A stretch of 63,592 bases of DNA, counting the filler, from Pelomyxa schiedti (Eukaryota > Protista > Evosea): NCBI GenBank assembly GCA_020536535.1. It is 6 parts of 6 records of this genome, joined end to end, with 100 filler letters (N's around TTAATTAATTAA, not from the genome) between each part and the next. Parts side by side here need not be neighbours in the genome. Positions count along the whole stretch, not along the records: positions 52,416 to 63,592 come from JAHLWZ010001243.1; 5 more parts are not named here. The stretch is one strand, 5' to 3'. The translations under genes and the position numbers were made by a program. This document shows, piece by piece, positions 59,700-63,592 of this stretch (within the stretch, counting starts at the first letter, position 1; every line of letters starts with the position of its first letter). Below the pieces are notes generated by a model that saw only the letters and a program-made list of their open reading frames with translations, made no database searches and was not told the DNA's origin.

Positions 59700-60127
59700 T
59701 TTTGAAAAACAAAAAGAAAAGGACCGTAAGGGAGAAGCCCAAGACACAACCGTTTATGTTTTTGTTGTGGTGTTGTGCTTCACTCTAGAGTCCCGTTTCG
59801 CAGATAGATCATCAAAACAGTAGAAACGAAAAAAACTTTTTCGCGATTGGATATCAACGGGATGTTGAGGGTTTTCGTGGGTGGTGCCATCATCAGCGAA
59901 TCAATCCTTTTTCCTTTTTTTTTTTTTGCTTGTCGTCGTTACTCACCATCCCCAACAACACCTAACTAACAACAAAACAAAAACAACCCTTTCAACTCCT
60001 CCTCTTCATTCTTCTTGTAAGAAGACCAAAATAACACTCCATACCGTCCTAGTACCGTCCTAGTACCACCAAGAACAAGCAAACAAACAAACAAACAAAC
60101 AAAACCCAAAGGAAGTCAATAGAGAAG

Positions 60128-60981
60128 ATGAGTTCATCGTGGGTTTGTGGGGACTTTGCGCCGACAGGGGGCAGCTTCTATTGCTTTGGTTGCATTCCGT
60201 GTTGCACATACTACTGGCTGACGTGGATGGTGTCTCCTTGGAACGCCTGGAAGAGCACATTGAATGACCCCTACCCCCCTCCTCATCTTGATAAAAAAAA
60301 GCACCCTGGTGTGCGCAAGTGTCAGTACATATGCGGATACGGTCTCCTATGGGGCTTCTGGTAATTTTTTCGCATATCCTCTCAATAGTAATTACTAGCG
60401 AAGCTTCTGACTCAAAAAAGGACCGCTTTTATGACACCATTCACGGTAATATTTGGTCTGTGTATTGATATGTGCTTACTTATTGCTGTGCCGTTCGCAC
60501 TTTTAATCTGGTTTGCAAGGCACGGCAGTTTTGAAGGATGCTGCAAATTCATGTAATTTCGTTACAATGAAAAACATTGCTCACAATATACATTCACTCC
60601 CAGATGGCTACACCAAGTCAATGAAACGCGGGGCATTTCAGAGGTGGCAATTTGTACTCCATATTCAACAACGGTTGGTCCCTGTCACTCTAATCACAAT
60701 GAATAATAATCAATAACAATCTCTCAAATCCACAGTCAACACCCAATTCCCATTCACAACTAATTTGCACTATTTTACAGGTAAACAGCCTACACGAGTT
60801 CTGGCTGTATATGTTTTGCTGGACAGTTTCCAAACAAGGAGTTGTATCATCACGAGACAGCCTAGCTCCCAAGAAAGATACAGGATCCAGCCCACCAGCA
60901 CACGAAATGACTTCAACAACAACAACTAGCACCGGGTCTACTGACAGCACTCTTACCTCAATAGCGGTATCCTCTGATTGA
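60128..60981 (+). CDS. Hypothetical small Cys/Trp-rich membrane protein
   Basis: MSSSWVCGD...CFGCIPCCTYYW splices in frame to WTAFMTPFTVIFGLCIDMCLLIAVPFALLIWF. It either stops at 60556 or continues via introns to 60981. Confidence 0.45.
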
Positions 60982-61222
60982 TTGCAGGCAATTTACAAAA
61001 TTGTTCCCTGTTTGGTGTCAAACAGGGAAAACGCTACAAGTTTGTTTGTGCTTGCAAGCACAAACACACCAAACCAGACAGTATTTGTTTTCACAAGACT
61101 GCATCACAAAAGCCATTTTTTTTAATACAATGTATGAATGTGAAAAAGCACTGTTGGAGCCGATGAGGACTTGTTGCTGCCGGGAGATCCAAGGTGCTGC
61201 TATGGTGTCATTTCCTCTGCTC

Positions 61223-63592
61223 TCATAATGAATCGGTTTGGAGGTGTGGTGGTGCAGAGTGAACCTGAGGTTGTGGTTGTGTTTGTGTTTGTGATTGCAA
61301 TTGTGGTTGTGGTGCTTGTTGTTCTGGTGAGGAAGATTGTCGCCCTGTGACTTGGGGAGTGGGGTTCACTGATTCGCTGACATCTCCGCTTGTTGGGGAA
61401 AGATCGGCCCTTCTATACATTAGGAGAGCAGGAATATATAATATAACGAAACAACCTTTGCGGCGGAAGCGATGGTTGATAAAATGCTGGTGTTACATGT
61501 GAAGTGTGTGAATGGAGATATGAAAAATGTTTGGTTAGGTGTTGCATGAACTGAAGAAAATATGTTGCCGGCACGAAATTTTGAGTGCTACCCGTTTTCA
61601 TCATGGCTTCTATAGCTGCGTAGAAATTGTCCACTAATCTGTTCTGTGTTAGTTTTGTTGGAGAAACCAAAGTACTACTCAGGCTTTGGAGGGGCTGGTG
61701 GCGGAGTCCAGTCTTCAGTGAACCTAACGTCAGTGATAAACGGGTGTGCTTTTGCTTGCGATGGGGTCCATCTCCTCGAGGGGTCTAGTTGCAACAATCC
61801 CCGAAGAAAGTGTTCCATTGAACGGCGAGTCTCACATGCTAATAAAGGTTTTCTGGTACACACGAATCTGGGGACCGTACCTTGGTCTTCAGTGGGTGCT
61901 GAGCGAATTGGTGTTTGTTGAATGAGTTCCGCCAGTGTTCTGTAAGCAAAGTATCGCTTATCTGGTTCCACTTTCCATGTTGTTTCCTGGTGAGGTGTCA
62001 TTGACTCCTTTAGTTAGAAATTTTCCCACCAATTGATACTCAGGAACGGACTTGAGTACGAATTTTGCTGTGTGCTGCTCTGGAGAGTACACCCTCTTGT
62101 AAAATTTGGATGTGTGTGTCCCCTTTTCAAGCATAGCAGTGGGGAACGGTCTGCGGAGATATTAAAAGGTGGGGGAAGCAATTCTCCATCAATACCCAAG
62201 CATATCTGTAATTTTGAATATTTGGTTGTATTCATTTGCCCCTGGGAAAAGTGGCATTCCAACTAATAATTCTGCTGTAAAGCAGCCCAATGACCACATA
62301 TCAAGAGCAGTTGTGTACCTGAGTTTAATTATTTTGAAGACGCTTAATATGTTTGAAATACGGCAGGCCAAGCAATAATTCTGGAGCTCGATAGTGGAGT
62401 TGCTGGATGTAGGTGTAAAGGGGGATATTCCCGAAGCACGCTGAACTGAAATCGATAAGTCTGACCCGACTGACACCTTCCCTACAAGTAGGATCAAACT
62501 CGTGGCATTCCGAAAACGAAACTCACGCTGCCAGCAAAACATTTTCAGGTCTCAGGTCACTAATGTGGGGGACAAATAGGAAGAATTCGTAGGAAAAATG
62601 TACCAGTGTATAATGTGAGCACTCTCCAAAACTTCAAGAGAGTCGAGAACTTGTTCGACAAAAATCCGGATTAAGCGAGGAGAAAGGCCTTTAAAGGCAT
62701 TTTGCTTCAGGAGCTCGAAGAGATTGATACTTGGCCTGAGTTAGAGAATATATCTGGAATTTCTCCTTGTACCTTAGCAGTTCAAATACAATACACAAGT
62801 GATTATGCACAAGGAAATAATCAAGCATTCTCACTGTTTTATGTGTGCCATCGTGATCATATTGGAAATTGAGCTTTAAAAGGTTGTTAACCAATTGATA
62901 ATGCAAGAGGTGGCGCATACCAAGGCAAGTATTCCAACTTCGAGCATTCCTTTTCGGAAATAGGTCGGTTTATTTTTTAATACTTTGATGGCCACATAAT
63001 GCCCTGGATAAGGGGCAAGCGCCTTGGGGAATCCAGAGGTAGAAGAGGGATTCACTCTGCATTTTATCACTTGGCCAAAGGTCGCTTGGCCAAGCATTGA
63101 AATAATCGTGTATGAAGAGTTTTTCTGTATTAAAGTTCAAAAAAAAAAAAAAAAAGAAAAAACAAAATCGACGGCACAGGAGTCCATTGAACCTGCAAGC
63201 AGCATCTTGCTGGTCTATTTATTTTATGTAAGAGGGGAGGGAAAACAAGGGCAGGGTCATACTCTCCACTTTCCACAGCAGACCCAATAATATCAGCTGT
63301 GCGTAAAATGAGATCGGAATTTCTGTTGTCACGACCATTATTGGATTCCGGGTAACTTGGTTGTGTGAGAGTCACAGGTATGACAGGGGGAGAGTTGAGA
63401 GTGTCGCTCCTCGATGATGGGATGATTTGCGTCTGTGAGGCCGTTTGAGCTTGTGTAAGAGTAGGTAGAGCTCCTAGTTTGAACAGTTTGTAAGGAAGCT
63501 TCACCGCACCAGCAGGATTGCACGTGATATAAGTCTCCATCAAATGAGCACTTAGAGCCGTAGCAAGTCTTTTGCCACCGCGACCTTCATAG
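61223..63592 (-). CDS. YAK1/YakA-like DYRK-group kinase, divergent (5' end outside window)
   Basis: YAK-type N-terminal TYITCNP...LTQPS...NNGRDNRNSDLIL. Then LGQATFGQVIKC, VAIKVLKNK, HLCIVFELL, IHC-DLRPEN, IDFSSAC, YTYIQQLHYRAPE and DMWSLGCFTAELLVGMPLFPG. Confidence 0.92.

Noticed and set aside
60042-60067. 11-bp tandem repeat TACCGTCCTAG x2
   Set aside because: Two copies only, most likely local slippage.
1-63592. CRISPR arrays, tRNAs, rRNAs, intact transposase or reverse transcriptase genes
   Set aside because: No spaced direct-repeat array, cloverleaf, rRNA signature or DDE/RT motif set was recognised by eye. tRNAscan, Infernal and RepeatModeler runs would be needed to exclude them fully.

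Overview
Eukaryotic, gene-dense DNA with many short GT-AG introns (roughly 35-90 nt). It is probably amoebozoan. Support: a Dictyostelium-type DUSE motif 63 nt upstream of a U2 snRNA, and an Entamoeba-type transmembrane kinase. An Archamoebae/Pelomyxa-like source is my inference, not a database result. The window is not one continuous locus. Five 100-nt spacers (44 N + TTAATTAATTAA + 44 N) join six pieces: 1-10150, 10251-36098, 36199-48610, 48711-50270, 50371-52315 and 52416-63592. Linkage across these joins cannot be assumed. About 25 protein genes were read by splicing exons by eye, so boundaries are approximate. They include agmatine deiminase, ATP6AP2-like, a PH protein, a Cache-domain receptor phosphodiesterase, PP2C, SF3B2, rhomboid, a DH-PH-FYVE GEF, a USP9X/24-like DUB, an F-box protein, a formin, a pentameric ligand-gated ion channel, a receptor TKL kinase, a Crinkler-like NTPase-nuclease, an atypical Rho, a surface metalloprotease, VMA21-like, ankyrin plus metallophosphoesterase, and a YAK1-like kinase. 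The most notable items are three. First, a Cys-less pentameric channel with an animal-like large M3-M4 loop. Second, a chemoreceptor-like TM-dCache-TM-PDE protein. Third, a Crinkler-type NTPase+REase protein. Several unusual domain fusions and motif-degenerate signalling enzymes are also present.
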